A stretch of DNA of 64,000 nt from Tubulanus polymorphus (lineage: Eukaryota > Animalia > Nemertea), in assembly GCF_964204645.1 (NCBI RefSeq), contig NC_134032.1, forward strand, positions 5,196,275 to 5,260,274, in the 5' to 3' direction. Position 1 is the stretch's first letter; each line of letters begins with the position of its first letter. A program made the translations under genes and the position numbers. The notes below the pieces were generated by a model that did not search any database, was not told the origin of the DNA, and worked only from the letters and a program-made list of their open reading frames with translations. Positions 12,001-26,899 of the stretch are shown here, piece after piece.

Positions 12001-15000
12001 CGTTCAGAGCGAGAAAAGACGTTTTCTTATCAAATTGTCCCCCTATCGGAAAAATGACGATGTCGATGCGTAAAAGCGCTCAAATCGTCAGGAAAAGCAC
12101 ATTTCGACCAGAAAACGTCGTTCAGAGCGAGAAAAGACGTTTTCTTATCAAATTTTCCCCCTATCGGAAAAATGACGATGTCGATGCGTAAAAGCGCTCA
12201 AATCGTCAGGAATAACAAATTTCGACCAGAAAACGTCGTTCAGAGCGAGAAAAGACGTTTTCTTATAAAATTTCCCCCCTATCGAAAAAATGATGATGTC
12301 GATGCGTAAAAGCGCTCAAATCGTCAGGAAAAACACATTTCGACCGGAAAACGTCGTTCAGTGCGAGAAAAGACGTTTTCTTATCAAATTGTCCCCCTAT
12401 CGGAAAAATGACGTTGTCGATGCGTAAAAGCCCTCAAATCGTCAGGGAAAGCACATTTCGACCCGAAAACGTCGTTCAGAGCGAGAAAAGACGTTTTCTT
12501 ATCAAATTGTCCCCCTATCGGAAAAATGACGATGGCGATGCGTAAAAGCGCTCAAATCATCAGGAAAAGCACATTTCGACCAGAAAACGTCGTTCAGAGC
12601 GAGAAAAGACATTTTCTTATCAAATTTCCCCCCTATCGGAAAAATGACGATGGCGATGCGTAAAAGCGCTCAAATCGTCAGGAAAAGCACATTTCGACCA
12701 GAAAACGTCGTTCAGAGCGAGAAAAGACGTTTTCTTATCAAATTGTCCCCCTATCGGAAGAATGACGATTTTGATGCGTAAGAGCGCTCAAAAGTTAGGA
12801 AAAGCACATTTCGACCAGAAGACGTCGTTCAGAGCGAGAAAAGACGTTTTCTTATAAAATTTCCCCCCTATCGGAAAAATGACGATTTTGATGCGTAAGA
12901 GCGCTCAAAAGTTAGGAAAGCACATTTCGACCAGAAAACGTCGTTCAGAGCGAGAAAAGACGTTTTCTTATCAAATTTCCCCCCTATCGAAAAAATGACG
13001 ATGTCGATGCGTAAAAGCGCTCAAATTGTCATGAAAAGCACATTTCGACCCGAAAACGTCGTTCAGACCGAGAAAAGACATTTTCTTATCAAATTTCCCC
13101 CCTATCGGAAAAATGACGATGTCGATGCGTAAAAGCGCTCAAATAGTCAGGAAAAGCACATTTTGACCCGAAAACGTCGATCGGAGCGAGAAAAGACGTT
13201 TTCTTATCAAATTGTCCCCCTATCGGAAAAATGACGATGTCGATGCGTAAAAGCCCTCAAATCGTCAGGAAAAGCACATTTCGACCCGAAAACGTCGTTC
13301 CGCGCGGGAAAAGACGTTTTCTTATAAAATTTCCCCCCTATCGGAAAATGACGATTTCGATGCGTAAGAGCGCTCAAAAGTCAGGAAAAGCACATTTCGA
13401 CCCGAAAACGTCGTTCAGCGCGAGAAAAAACGTTTTCTTATCAAATTTCCCCCCTATCGGAAAAATGACGATGTCGATGCGTAAAAGCGCTCAAATAGTC
13501 AGGAAAAGCACATTTCGACCCGAAAACGTCGTTCAGAGCGAGAAAAGACGTTTTCTTATCAAATTTCCCCCCTATCGAAAAAATGACGATGTCGATGCGT
13601 AAAAGCGCTCAAATCGTCAGGAAAAGCACATTTCGACCCGAAAACGTCGTTCCGCGCGAGAAAAGGCGTTTTCTTATCAAATTCCCCCCCCCCCCCTATC
13701 GGAAAAATGACGATGTCGATGCGTAAGAGCGCTCAAATAGTCAGGAAAAGCACATTTCGACCCGAAAACGTCGTTCAGAGCGAGAAAAGACGTTTTCTTA
13801 TCAAATTGTCCCCTTATCGGAAAAATGACGATTTCGATGCGTAAGAGCGCTCAAAAGTCAGGAAAAGCACATTTCGACCCGAAAACGTCGTTCAGCGCGA
13901 GAAAAGACGTTTTCTTATCAAATTTCCCCCCTATCGGAAAAATGACGATTTCGATGCGTAAGAGCGCTCAAAAGTCAGGAAAAGCACATTTCGACCCGAA
14001 AACGTCGTTCAGCGCGAGAAAAGACGTTTTCTTATCAAATTTCCCCCCTATCGGAAAAATGACGATGTCGATGCGTAAAAGCGCTCAAATAGTCAGGAAA
14101 AGCACATTTCGACCCGAAAACGTCGTTCAGAGCGAGAAAAGACGTTTTCTTATCAAATTTTCCCCTTATCGGAAAAATGATGATGTCGATGCGTAAAAGC
14201 GCTCAAATAGTCAGGAAAAGCACATTTCGACCCTAAAACGTCGTTCAGTGCGAGAAAAGACGTTTTCTTATCAAATTGTCCCCCTATCGGAAAAATGACG
14301 ATGTCGATGCGTAAAAGCGCTCAAATCGTCAGGAAAAGCACATTTCGACCAGAAAACGTCGTTCAGAGCGAGAAAAGACGTTTTCTTATCAAATTTCCCC
14401 CCTATCGAAAAAATGACGATGTCCATGCGTAAAAGCGCTCAAATCGTCAGGAAAAGCACATTTCGACCCGAAAACGTCGTTCAGTGCGAGAAAAGACGTT
14501 TTCTTATCAAATTGTCCCCCTATCGGAAAAATGACGATGTCGATGCGTAAAAGCGCTCAAATCGTCAGGAAAAGCACATTTCGACCAAAAAACGTCGTTC
14601 AGAGCGAGAAAAGACGTTTTCTTATCAAATTTCCCCCCTATCGAAAAAATGACGATGTCCATGCGTAAAAGCGCTCAAATCGTCAGGAAAAAGCACCTTT
14701 CGACCCGAAAACGTCGTTCACAGCGAGAAAAGACGTTTTCTTAACAAATTTTCCCCCTATCGGAAAAACGACGATGTCGATGCGTAAAAGGGCTCAAATC
14801 GCCTGGAAAAGTACATTTCGACCCGAAAACGTCGTTCAGAGCGAGAAAAGACGTTTTCTGATCAAATTGTCCCCCTATCGGAAAAATGACGATGTCGATG
14901 CGTAAAAGCGCTCAAATCGTCAGGAAAAGCACATTTTGACCAGAAAACGTCGTTCAGCGCGAGAAAAGACGTTTTCTTATCAAATTTTCCCCCTATCGGA

Positions 15001-15039
15001 AAAATGACGATGTCGATGCGTAAGAGCGCTCAAATAGTC

Positions 15040-18000
15040 AGGAAAAGCACATTTCGACCAGACAACGTCATTCAGAGCGAGAAAAGACTTTTTCTTATCA
15101 AATTTCCCCCCTATCGAAAAAATGACGATGTCGATGCGTAAAAGCGCTCAAATCGTCAGGAAAAGCAGATTTCGACCCGAAAACGTCGTTCCGCGCGGGA
15201 AAAGACGTTTACTTATAAAATTTCCCCCTATCGGAAAAATGACGATTTCGATGCGTAAGAGCGCTCAAAAGTCAGGAAAAGCACATTTCGACCCGAAAAC
15301 GTCGTTCAGCGCGAGAAAAGACGTTTTCTTATCAAATTTCCCCCCTATCGGAAAAATGACGATGTCGATGCGTAAAAGCGCTCAAATAGTCAGGAAAAGC
15401 ACATTTCGACCCGAAAACGTCGTTCAGAGCGAGAAAAGACGTTTTCTTATCAAATTGTCCCCCTATCGGAAAAACGACGATGTCGACGCGTGAAAGCGCT
15501 CAAATCGTCAGGAAAAGCACCTTTCGACCCGAAAACGTCGTTCACAGCGAGAAAAGACGTTTTCTTATCAAATTTTCCCCCTATCGGAAAAACGACGATG
15601 TCGATGCGTAAAAGGGCTCAAATCGTCTGGAAAAGTACATTTCGACCCGAAAACGTCGTTCAGAGCGAGAAAAGACGTTTTCTTATCAAATTGTCCCCCC
15701 TATCGGAAAAATGACGATGTCGATGCGTAAAAGCGCTCAAATCGTCAGGAAAAGCACATTTCGACCAGAAAACGTCGTTCAGAGCGAGAAAAGACGTTTT
15801 CTTATCAAATTTTCCCCCTATCGGAAAAATGACGATGTCGATGCGTAAAAGCGCTCAAATCGTCAGGAATAACAAATTTCGACCAGAAAACGTCGTTCAG
15901 AGCGAGAAAAGACGTTTTCTTATAAAATTTCCCCCCTATCGAAAAAATGATGATGTCGATGCGTAAAAGCGCTCAAATCGTCAGGAAAAACACATTTCGA
16001 CCGGAAAACGTCGTTCAGTGCGAGAAAAGACGTTTTCTTATCAAATTTCCCCCCTCTCGAAAAAATGACGATGTCGATGCGTAAAAGAGCTCAAATCGTC
16101 AGGAAAAGCACATTTCGACCCGAAAACGTCGTTCAGAGCAAGAAAAGACGTTTTCTTATCAAATTGTCCCCCTATCGGAAAAATGACGATGTCGATGCGT
16201 AAGAGCGCTCAAATCGTCAGGAAAAGCACATTTCGACCCGAAAACGTCGTTCAGAGCGAGAAAAGACGTTTTCTTATCAAATTGTCCCCCTATCAGAAAA
16301 ATGACGATGGCGATGCGTAAAAGCGCTCAAATCGCCAGGAAAAGCACATTTCGACCCGAAAACGTCGTTCAGAGCGAGAAAAGACGTTTTCTTATCAAAT
16401 TGTCCCCCTATCGGAAAAATGACGATGGCGATGCGTAAAAGCGCTCAAATCGTCAGGAAAAGCACATTTCGACCAGAAAACGTCGTTCAGAGCGAGAAAA
16501 GACGTTTTCTTATCAAATTTCCCCCCTATCGGAAAAATGACGATGGCGATGCGTAAAAGCGCATAAATCGTCAGGAAAAGCACATTTCGACCCGAAAACG
16601 TCGTTCAGAGCGAGAAAAGACGTTTTCTTATCAAATTTTCCCCCATCGGAAAAATGACGATGTCGATGCGTAAGAGCGCTCAAATAGTCAGGAAAAGCAC
16701 ATTTCGACCCGAAAACGTCGTTCAGAGCGAGAAAAGACGTTTTCTTATCAAATTTCCCCCCTATCGAAAAAATGATGATGTCGATGCGTAAAAGTGCTCA
16801 AATCGTCAGGAAAAGCACATTTCGACCCGAAATCGTCGTTCAGAGCGAGAAAAGACGTTTTCTTATCAAATTGTCCCCCTATCAGAAAAATGACGATGGC
16901 GATGCGTAAAAGCGCTCAAATCGCCAGGAAAAGCACATTTCGACCCGAAAACGTCGTTCAGAGCGAGAAAAGACGTTTTCTTATCAAATTGTCCCCCTAT
17001 CGGAAAAATGACGATGGCGATGCGTAAAAGCGCTCAAATCGTCAGGAAAAGCACATTTCGACCAGAAAACGTCGTTCAGAGCGAGAAAAGACGTTTTCTT
17101 ATCAAATTTCCCCCCTATCGGAAAAATGACGATGGCGATGCGTAAAAGCGCATAAATCGTCAGGAAAAGCACATTTCGACCCGAAAACGTCGTTTAGAGC
17201 GAGAAAAGACGTTTTCTTATCAAATTGTCCCCCTATCGGAAAAATGACGATGGCGATGCGTAAAAGCGCTCAAATCGTCAGGAAAAGCACTTTTCGAACC
17301 GAAAACGTCGTTCCGCGCGAGAAAAGACGTATTCTTATCAAATTTTCCCCCTATCGAAAAAATGACGATGTCGATGCGTAAAAGCGCTCAAATCGTCAGG
17401 AAAAGCATATTTCGACCAGGAAACGTCGTTCCGCGCGAGAAAAGACGTTTTCTTATCAAATTCCCCCCCCCCCCCTATCGGAAAAATGACGATGTCGATG
17501 CGTAAGAGCGCTCAAATAGTCAGGAAAAGCACATTTCGACCCGAAAACGTCGTTCAGAGCGAGAAAAGACGTTTTCTTATCAAATTGTCCCCCTATCGGA
17601 AAAATGACGTTGTCGATGCGTAAAAGCCCTCAAATCGTCAGGAAAAGCACATTTCGACCAGAAAACGTCGTTCAGAGCGAGAAAAGACTTTTTCTTATCA
17701 AATTTCCCCCCTATCGAAAAAATGACGATGTCGATGCGTAAAAGCGCTCAAATCGTCAGGAAAAGCACATTTCGACCCGAAAACGTCGTTCCGCGCGAGA
17801 AAAGACGTTTTCTTATCAAATTTCCCCCCTATCGGAAAAATGACGATTTCGATGCGTAAAAGCGCTCAAATAGTCAGGAAAAGCACATTTCGACCCGAAA
17901 ACGTCGTTCAGAGCGAGAAAAGACGTTTTCTTATCAAATTTTCCCCCTATCGAAAAAATGATGATGTCGATGCGTAAAAGCGCTCAAATCGTCAGGAAAA

Positions 18001-21000
18001 ACACATTTCGACCGGAAAACGTTGTTCAGTGCGAGAAAAGACGTTTTCTTATCAAATTTCCCCCCTATCGAAAAAATGACGATGTCGATGCGTAAAAGCG
18101 CTCAAATCGTCAGGAAAAGCATATTTCGAACCGGAAACGTCGTTCCGCGCGAGAAAAGACGTTTTCTTATCAAATTCCCCCCCCCCTATCGGAAAAATGA
18201 CGATGTCGATGCGTAAGAGCGCTCAAATAGTCAGGAAAAGAACATTTCGACCCGAAAACGTCGTTCAGAGCGAGAAAAGACGTTTTCTTATCAAATTGTC
18301 CCCCTATCGGAAAAATGACGTTGTCGATGCGTAAAAGCCCTCAAATCGTCAGGAAAAGCACATTTCGACCAGAAAACGTCGTTCAGAGCGAGAAAAGACT
18401 TTTTCTTATCAAATTTCCCCCCTATCGAAAAAATGACGATGTCGATGCGTAAAAGCGCTCAAATCGTCAGGAAAAGCACATTTCGACCCGAAAACATCGT
18501 TCCGCGCGAGAAAGACGTTTTCTTATCAAATTTCCCCCCTATCGGAAAAATGACGATTTCGATGCGTAAAAGCGCTCAAATAGTCAGGAAAAGCACATTT
18601 CGACCAGACAACGTTATTCAGAGCGAGAAAAGACTTTTTCTTATCAAATTTCCCCCCTATCGAAAAAATGACGATGTCGATGCGTAAAAGCGCTCAAATC
18701 GTCAGGAAAAGCAGATTTCGACCCGAAAACGTCGTTCCGCGCGGGAAAAGACGTTTACTTATAAAATTTCCCCCTATCGGAAAAATGACGATTTCGATGC
18801 GTAAGAGCGCTCAAAAGTCAGGAAAAGCACATTTCGACCCGAAAACGTCGTTCAGCGCGAGAAAAGACGTTTTCTTATCAAATTTCCCCCCTATCGGAAA
18901 AATGACGATGTCGATGCGTAAAAGCGCTCAAATAGTCAGGAAAAGCACATTTCGACCCGAAAACGTCGTTCAGAGCGAGAAAAGACGTTTTCTTATCAAA
19001 TTGTCCCCCTATCGGAAAAACGACGATGTCGACGCGTGAAAGCGCTCAAATCGTCAGGAAAAGCACCTTTCGACCCGAAAACGTCGTTCACAGCGAGAAA
19101 AGACGTTTTCTTATCAAATTTTCCCCCTATCGGAAAAACGACGATGTCGATGCGTAAAAGGGCTCAAATCGTCTGGAAAAGTACATTTCGACCCGAAAAC
19201 GTCGTTCAGAGCGAGAAAAGACGTTTTCTTATCAAATTGTCCCCCTATCGGAAAAATGACGATGTCGATGCGTAAAAGCGCTCAAATCGTCAGGAAAAGC
19301 ACATTTCGACCAGAAAACGTCGTTCAGAGCGAGAAAAGACGTTTTCTTATCAAATTTTCCCCCTATCGGAAAAATGACGATGTCGATGCGTAAAAGCGCT
19401 CAAATCGTCAGGAATAACAAATTTCGACCAGAAAACGTCGTTCAGAGCGAGAAAAGACGTTTTCTTATAAAATTTCCCCCCTATCGAAAAAATGATGATG
19501 TCGATGCGTAAAAGCGCTCAAATCGTCAGGAAAAACACATTTCGACCGGAAAACGTCGTTCAGTGCGAGAAAAGACGTTTTCTTATCAAATTTCCCCCCT
19601 CTCGAAAAAATGACGATGTCGATGCGTAAAAGAGCTCAAATCGTCAGGAAAAGCACATTTCGACCCGAAAACGTCGTTCAGAGCAAGAAAAGACGTTTTC
19701 TTATCAAATTGTCCCCCTATCGGAAAAATGACGATGTCGATGCGTAAGAGCGCTCAAATCGTCAGGAAAAGCACATTTCGACCCGAAAACGTCGTTCAGA
19801 GCGAGAAAAGACGTTTTCTTATCAAATTGTCCCCCTATCAGAAAAATGACGATGGCGATGCGTAAAAGCGCTCAAATCGCCAGGAAAAGCACATTTCGAC
19901 CCGAAAACGTCGTTCAGAGCGAGAAAAGACGTTTTCTTATCAAATTGTCCCCCTATCGGAAAAATGACGATGGCGATGCGTAAAAGCGCTCAAATCGTCA
20001 GGAAAAGCACATTTCGACCAGAAAACGTCGTTCAGAGCGAGAAAAGACGTTTTCTTATCAAATTTCCCCCCTATCGGAAAAATGACGATGGCGATGCGTA
20101 AAAGCGCATAAATCGTCAGGAAAAGCACATTTCGACCCGAAAACGTCGTTCAGAGCGAGAAAAGACGTTTTCTTATCAAATTTTCCCCCATCGGAAAAAT
20201 GACGATGTCGATGCGTAAGAGCGCTCAAATAGTCAGGAAAAGCACATTTCGACCCGAAAACGTCGTTCAGAGCGAGAAAAGACGTTTTCTTATCAAATTT
20301 CCCCCCTATCGAAAAAATGATGATGTCGATGCGTAAAAGTGCTCAAATCGTCAGGAAAAGCACATTTCGACCCGAAATCGTCGTTCAGAGCGAGAAAAGA
20401 CGTTTTCTTATCAAATTGTCCCCCTATCAGAAAAATGACGATGGCGATGCGTAAAAGCGCTCAAATCGCCAGGAAAAGCACATTTCGACCCGAAAACGTC
20501 GTTCAGAGCGAGAAAAGACGTTTTCTTATCAAATTGTCCCCCTATCGGAAAAATGACGATGGCGATGCGTAAAAGCGCTCAAATCGTCAGGAAAAGCACA
20601 TTTCGACCAGAAAACGTCGTTCAGAGCGAGAAAAGACGTTTTCTTATCAAATTTCCCCCCTATCGGAAAAATGACGATGGCGATGCGTAAAAGCGCATAA
20701 ATCGTCAGGAAAAGCACATTTCGACCCGAAAACGTCGTTCAGAGCGAGAAAAGACGTTTTCTTATCAAATTGTCCCCCTATCGGAAAAATGACGATGGCG
20801 ATGCGTAAAAGCGCTCAAATCGTCAGGAAAAGCACTTTTCGAACCGAAAACGTCGTTCCGCGCGAGAAAAGACGTATTCTTATCAAATTTTCCCCCTATC
20901 GAAAATGACGATGTCGATGCGTAAAAGCGCTCAAATCGTCAGGAAAAGCATATTTCGACCAGGAAACGTCGTTCCGCGCGAGAAAAGACGTTTTCTTATC

Positions 21001-22130
21001 AAATTCCCCCCCCCCCCCCCTATCGGAAAAATGACGATGTCGATGCGTAAGAGCGCTCAAATAGTCAGGAAAAGCACATTTCGACCCGAAAACGTCGTTC
21101 AGAGCGAGAAAAGACGTTTTCTTATCAAATTGTCCCCCTATCGGAAAAATGACGTTGTCGATGCGTAAAAGCCCTCAAATCGTCAGGAAAAGCACATTTC
21201 GACCAGAAAACGTCGTTCAGAGCGAGAAAAGACTTTTTCTTATCAAATTTCCCCCCTATCGAAAAAATGACGATGTCGATGCGTAAAAGCGCTCAAATCG
21301 TCAGGAAAAGCACATTTCGACCCGAAAACGTCGTTCCGCGCGAGAAAAGACGTTTTCTTATCAAATTTCCCCCCTATCGGAAAAATGACGATTTCGATGC
21401 GTAAAAGCGCTCAAATAGTCAGGAAAAGCACATTTCGACCCGAAAACGTCGTTCAGAGCGAGAAAAGACGTTTTCTTATCAAATTTTCCCCCTATCGAAA
21501 AAATGATGATGTCGATGCGTAAAAGCGCTCAAATCGTCAGGAAAAACACATTTCGACCGGAAAACGTTGTTCAGTGCGAGAAAAGACGTTTTCTTATCAA
21601 ATTTCCCCCCTATCGAAAAAATGACGATGTCGATGCGTAAAAGCGCTCAAATCGTCAGGAAAAGCATATTTCGAACCGGAAACGTCGTTCCGCGCGAGAA
21701 AAGACGTTTTCTTATCAAATTCCCCCCCCCCCCCTATCGGAAAAATGACGATGTCGATGCGTAAGAGCGCTCAAATAGTCAGGAAAAGAACATTTCGACC
21801 CGAAAACGTCGTTCAGAGCGAGAAAAGACGTTTTCTTATCAAATTGTCCCCCTATCGGAAAAATGACGTTGTCGATGCGTAAAAGCCCTCAAATCGTCAG
21901 GAAAAGCACATTTCGACCAGAAAACGTCGTTCAGAGCGAGAAAAGACTTTTTCTTATCAAATTTCCCCCCTATCGAAAAAATGACGATGTCGATGCGTAA
22001 AAGCGCTCAAATCGTCAGGAAAAGCACATTTCGACCCGAAAACGTCGTTCCGCGCGAGAAAAGACGTTTTCTTATCAAATTTCCCCCCTATCGGAAAAAT
22101 GACGATTTCGATGCGTAAAAGCGCTCAAAT
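15040..22130. repeat. Higher-order tandem duplication of ~30 monomers (period ~3545 bp)
   Basis: Rare variants and near-identical artefact ORFs recur at a 3545-3546 offset: 15122/18668, 15490/19036, 16395/19940, 16794/20339, 16984/20529, 18022/21567. Marker GACCAGACAACG occurs at ~15057 and ~18602. Boundaries are approximate. Confidence 0.9.
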
Positions 22131-25100
22131 AGTCAGGAAAAGCACATTTCGACCCGAAAACGTCGTTCAGAGCGAGAAAAGACGTTTTCTTATCAAATTT
22201 TCCCCCTATCGAAAAAATGATGATGTCGATGCGTAAAAGCGCTCAAATCGTCAGGAAAAACACATTTCGACCGGAAAACGTCGTTCAGTGCGAGAAAAGA
22301 CGTTTTCTTATCAAATTTTCCCCCTATCGAAAAAATGATGATGTCGATGCGTAAAAGCGCTCAAATCGTCAGGAAAAACACATTTCGACCGGAAAACGTC
22401 GTTCAGTGCGAGAAAAGACGTTTTCTTATCAAATTTCCACCCTCTCGAAAAAATGACGATGTCGATGCGTAAAAGAGCTCAAATCGTCTGGAAAAGTACA
22501 TTTCGACCAGAAAACGTCGTTCAGAGCGAGAAAAGACGTTTTTTTATCAAATTGTCCCCCTATCGAAAAAATGACGATGTCGATGCGTAAAAGAGCTCAA
22601 ATCGTCAGGAAAAGCACATTTCGACCCGAAAACGTCGTTCAGAGCGAGAAAAGACGTTTTCTTATCAAATTGTCCCCCTATCGGAAAAATGACGATGTCG
22701 ATGCGTAAGAGCGCTCAAATAGTCTGGAAAAGCACATTTCGACCCGAAAACGTCGTTCAGAGCGAGAAAAGACGTTTTCTTATCAAATTGTCCCCATATC
22801 GGAAAAATGACGATGGCGATGCGTAAAAGCGCTAAAATCGTCAGGAAAAGCACATTTCGACCAGAAAACGTCGTTCAGAGCGAGAAAAGACGTTTTCTTA
22901 TCAAATTTCCCCCCTATCGGAAAAATGACGATGGCGATGCGTAAAAGCGCATAAATCGTCAGGAAAAGCACATTTCGACCCGAAAACGTCGTTCAGAGCG
23001 AGAAAAGACGTTTTCTTATAAAATTGTCCCCCTATCGGAAAAATGACGATGGCGATGCGTAAAAGCGCTCAAATCGTCAGGAAAAGCACTTTTCGAACCG
23101 AAAACGTCGTTCCGCGCGAGAAAAGACGTTTTCTTATCAAATTTCCCCCCTATCGAAAAAATGACGATGTCGATGCGTAAAAGCGCTCAAATCGTCAGGA
23201 AAAGCATATTTCGACCCGGAAACGTCGTTCCGCGCGAGAAAAGACGTTTTCTTAACAAATTCCCCCCCCCCCCCTATCGGAAAATGACGATGTCGATGCG
23301 TAAGAGCGCTCAAATAGTCAGGAAAAGCACATTTCGACCCGAAAACGTCGTTCAGAGCGAGAAAAGACGTTTTCTTATCAAATTGTCCCCCAATCGGAAA
23401 AATGACGTTGTCGATGCGTAAAAGCCCTCAAATCGTCAGGAAAAGCACATTTCGACCAGAAAACGTCGTTCAGAGCGAGAAAAGACTTTTTCTTATCAAA
23501 TTTCCCCCCTATCGAAAAAATGACGATGTCGATGCGTAAAAGCGCTCAAATCGTCAGGAAAAGCACATTTCGACCCGAAAACGTCGTTCCGCGCGAGAAA
23601 AGACGTTTTCTTATCAAATTTCCCCCCTATCGGAAAAATGACGATTTCGATGCGTAAAAGCGCTCAAATAGTCAGGAAAAGCACATTTCGACCCGAAAAC
23701 GTCGTTCAGAGCGAGAAAAGACGTTTTCTTATCAAATTTTCCCCCTATCGAAAAAATGATGATGTCGATGCGTAAAAGCGCTCAAATCGTCAGGAAAAAC
23801 ACATTTCGACCGGAAAACGTCGTTCAGTGCGAGAAAAGACGTTTTCTTATCAAATTTCCACCCTCTCGAAAAAATGACGATGTCGATGCGTAAAAGAGCT
23901 CAAATCGTCTGGAAAAGTACATTTCGACCAGAAAACGTCGTTTAGAGCGAGAAAAGACGTTTTCTTATCAAATTGTCCCCCTATCGTAAAAATGACGATG
24001 GCGATGCGTAAAAGCGCTCAAATCGTCAGGAAAAGCACATTTCGACCAGAAAACGTCGTTCAGAGCGAGAAAAGACGTTTTCTTATCAAATTTCCCCCCT
24101 ATCGGAAAAATGACGATGGCGATGCGTAAAAGCGCATAAATCGTCAGGAAAAGCACATTTCGACCCGAAAACGTCGTTCAGAGCGAGAAAAGACGTTTTC
24201 TTATCAAATTTTCCCCCTATCGAAAAAATGATGATGTCGATGCGTAAAAGCGCTCAAATCGTCAGGAAAAACACATTTCGACCGGAAAACGTCGTTCAGT
24301 GCGAGAAAAGACGTTTTCTTATCAAATTTCCCCCCTCTCGAAAAAATGACGATGTCGATGCGTAAAAGAGCTCAAATCGTCTGGAAAAGTACATTTCGAC
24401 CCGAAAACGTCGTTCAGAGCGAGAAAAGACGTTTTCTTATCAAATTGTCCCCCTATCGGAAAATGATGATGGCGATGCGTAAAAGCGCTCAAATCGTCAG
24501 GAAAAGCACATTTCGAACCGGAAACGTCGTTCCGCGCGAGAAAAGACGTTTTCTTATCAAATTCCCCCCCCCCCTATCGGAAAAATGACGATGTCGATGC
24601 GTAAGAGCGCTCAAATAGTCAGGAAAAGCACATTTCGACCCGAAAACGTCGTTCAGAGCGAGAAAAGACGTTTTCTTATCAAATTGTCCCCCTATCGGAA
24701 AAATGACGTTGTCGATGCGTAAAAGCCCTCAAATCGTCAGGAAAAGCACATTTCGACCAGAAAATGTCGTTCAGAGCGAGAAAAGACGTTTTCTTATCAA
24801 ATTGTCCCCCTATCGGAAAAATGACGATGTCGATGCGTAAGAGCGCTCAAATAGTCTGGAAAAGCTCATTTCGACCCGAAAACGTCGTTCAGAGCGAGAA
24901 AAGACGTTTTCTTATCAAATTTTCCCCCTATCGGAAAAATGACGATGTCGATGCGTAAGAGCGCTCAAATAGTCAGGAAAAGCACATTTCGACCCGAAAA
25001 CGTCGTTCAGAGCGAGAAAAGACGTTTTCTTATCAAATTTCCCCCCTATCGAAAAAATGACGATGTCGATGCGTAAAAGAGCTCAAATCGTCAGGAAAAG

Positions 25101-26899
25101 CACATTTCGACCCGAAAACGTCGTTCAGAGCGAGAAAAGACGTTTTCTTATCAAATTGTCCCCCTATCGGAAAATGATGATGGCGATGCGTAAAAGCGCT
25201 CAAATCGTCAGGAAAAGCACATTTCGACCCGAAAACATCGTTCCGCGCGAGAAAAGACGTTTTCTTATCAAATTCCCCCCCCCCCCTATCGGAAAAATGA
25301 CGATGTCGATGCGTAAAAGCGCTCAAATAGTCAGGAAAAGCACATTTCGACCCGAAAACGTCGTTCAGAGCGAGAAAAGACGTTTTCTTATCAAATTGTC
25401 CCCCTATCGGAAAAATGACGTTGTCGATGCGTAAAAGCCCTCAAATCGTCAGGAAAAGCACATTTCGACCAGAAAACGTCGTTCAGAGCGAGAAAAGACT
25501 TTTTCTTATCAAATTTCCCCCCTATCGAAAAAATGACGATGTCGATGCGTAAAAGCGCTCAAATCGTCAGGAAAAGCACATTTCGACCAGAAAACGTCGT
25601 TCCGCGCGAGAAAAGACGTTTTCTTATCAAATTTCCCCCCTATCGGAAAAATGACGATTTCGATGCGTAAAAGCGCTTAAATAGTCAGGAAAAGCACATT
25701 TCGACCCGAAAACGTCGTTCAGAGCGAGAAAAGACGTTTTCTTATCAAATTTTCCCCCTATCGGAAAATGACGATGTCGATGCGTAAAAGCGCTCAAATA
25801 GTCAGGAAAAGCACATTTCGACCCGAAAACGTCGTTCAGTGCGAGAAAAGACGTTTTCTTATCAAATTGTCCCCCTATCGGAAAAATGACGATGTCGATG
25901 CGTAAAAGCGCTCAAATCGTCAGGAAAAGCACATTTCGACCAGAAAACGTCGTTCAGAGCGAGAAAAGACGTTTTCTTATCAAATTTCCCCCTATCGAAA
26001 AATGACGATGTCCATGCGTAAAAGCGCTCAAATCGTCAGGAAAAGCACATTTCGACCCGAAAACATCGTTCCGCGCGAGAAAAGACGTTTTCTTATCAAA
26101 TTTCCCCCCTATCGGAAAAAATGACGATGTCGATGCGTAAGAGCGCTCAAATAGTCAGGAAAAGCACATTTCGACCCGAAAACGTCGATCAGAGCGAGAA
26201 AAGGCGTTTTCTTATCAAATTGTCCCCCTATCGGAAAAACGACGATGTCGAGGCGTAAAAGCGCTCAAATCGTCAGGAAAAGCACATTTCGACCCGAAAT
26301 CGTCGATCAGAGCGAGAAGAGACGTTTTCTTATCAAATTGTTCCCCTATCGGAAAAACGACGATGTCGACGCGTGAAAGCGCTCAATTCGTCAGGAAAAG
26401 CACCTTTCGACCCGAAAACGTCGTTCAGAGCGAGAAAAGACGTTTTCTTATCAAATTTTCCCCCTATCGGAAAAAATGACGATGTCGATGCGTAAAAGCG
26501 CTCAAATCGTCTGGAAAAGCACATTTCGACCCGAAAACGTCGTTCAGAGCGAGAAAAGACGTTTTCTTATCAAATTGTCCCCCTATCGGAAAAATGAAGA
26601 TGTCGATGCGTAAAAGCGCTCAAATCGTCAGGAAAAGCACATTTCGACCAGAAAACGTCGTTCCGAGCGAGAAAAGACGTTTTCTTATCAAATTGTCCCC
26701 CTATCGGAAAATGATGATGGCGATGCGTAAAAGCGCTCAAATCGTCAGGAAAAGCACATTTCGACCCGAAAACATCGTTCCGCGCGAGAAAAGACGTTTT
26801 CTTATCAAATTCCCCCCCCCCCCCCCCTATCGGAAAAATGACGATGTCGATGCGTAAAAGCGCTCAAATAGTCAGGAAAAGCACATTTCGACCCGAAAA

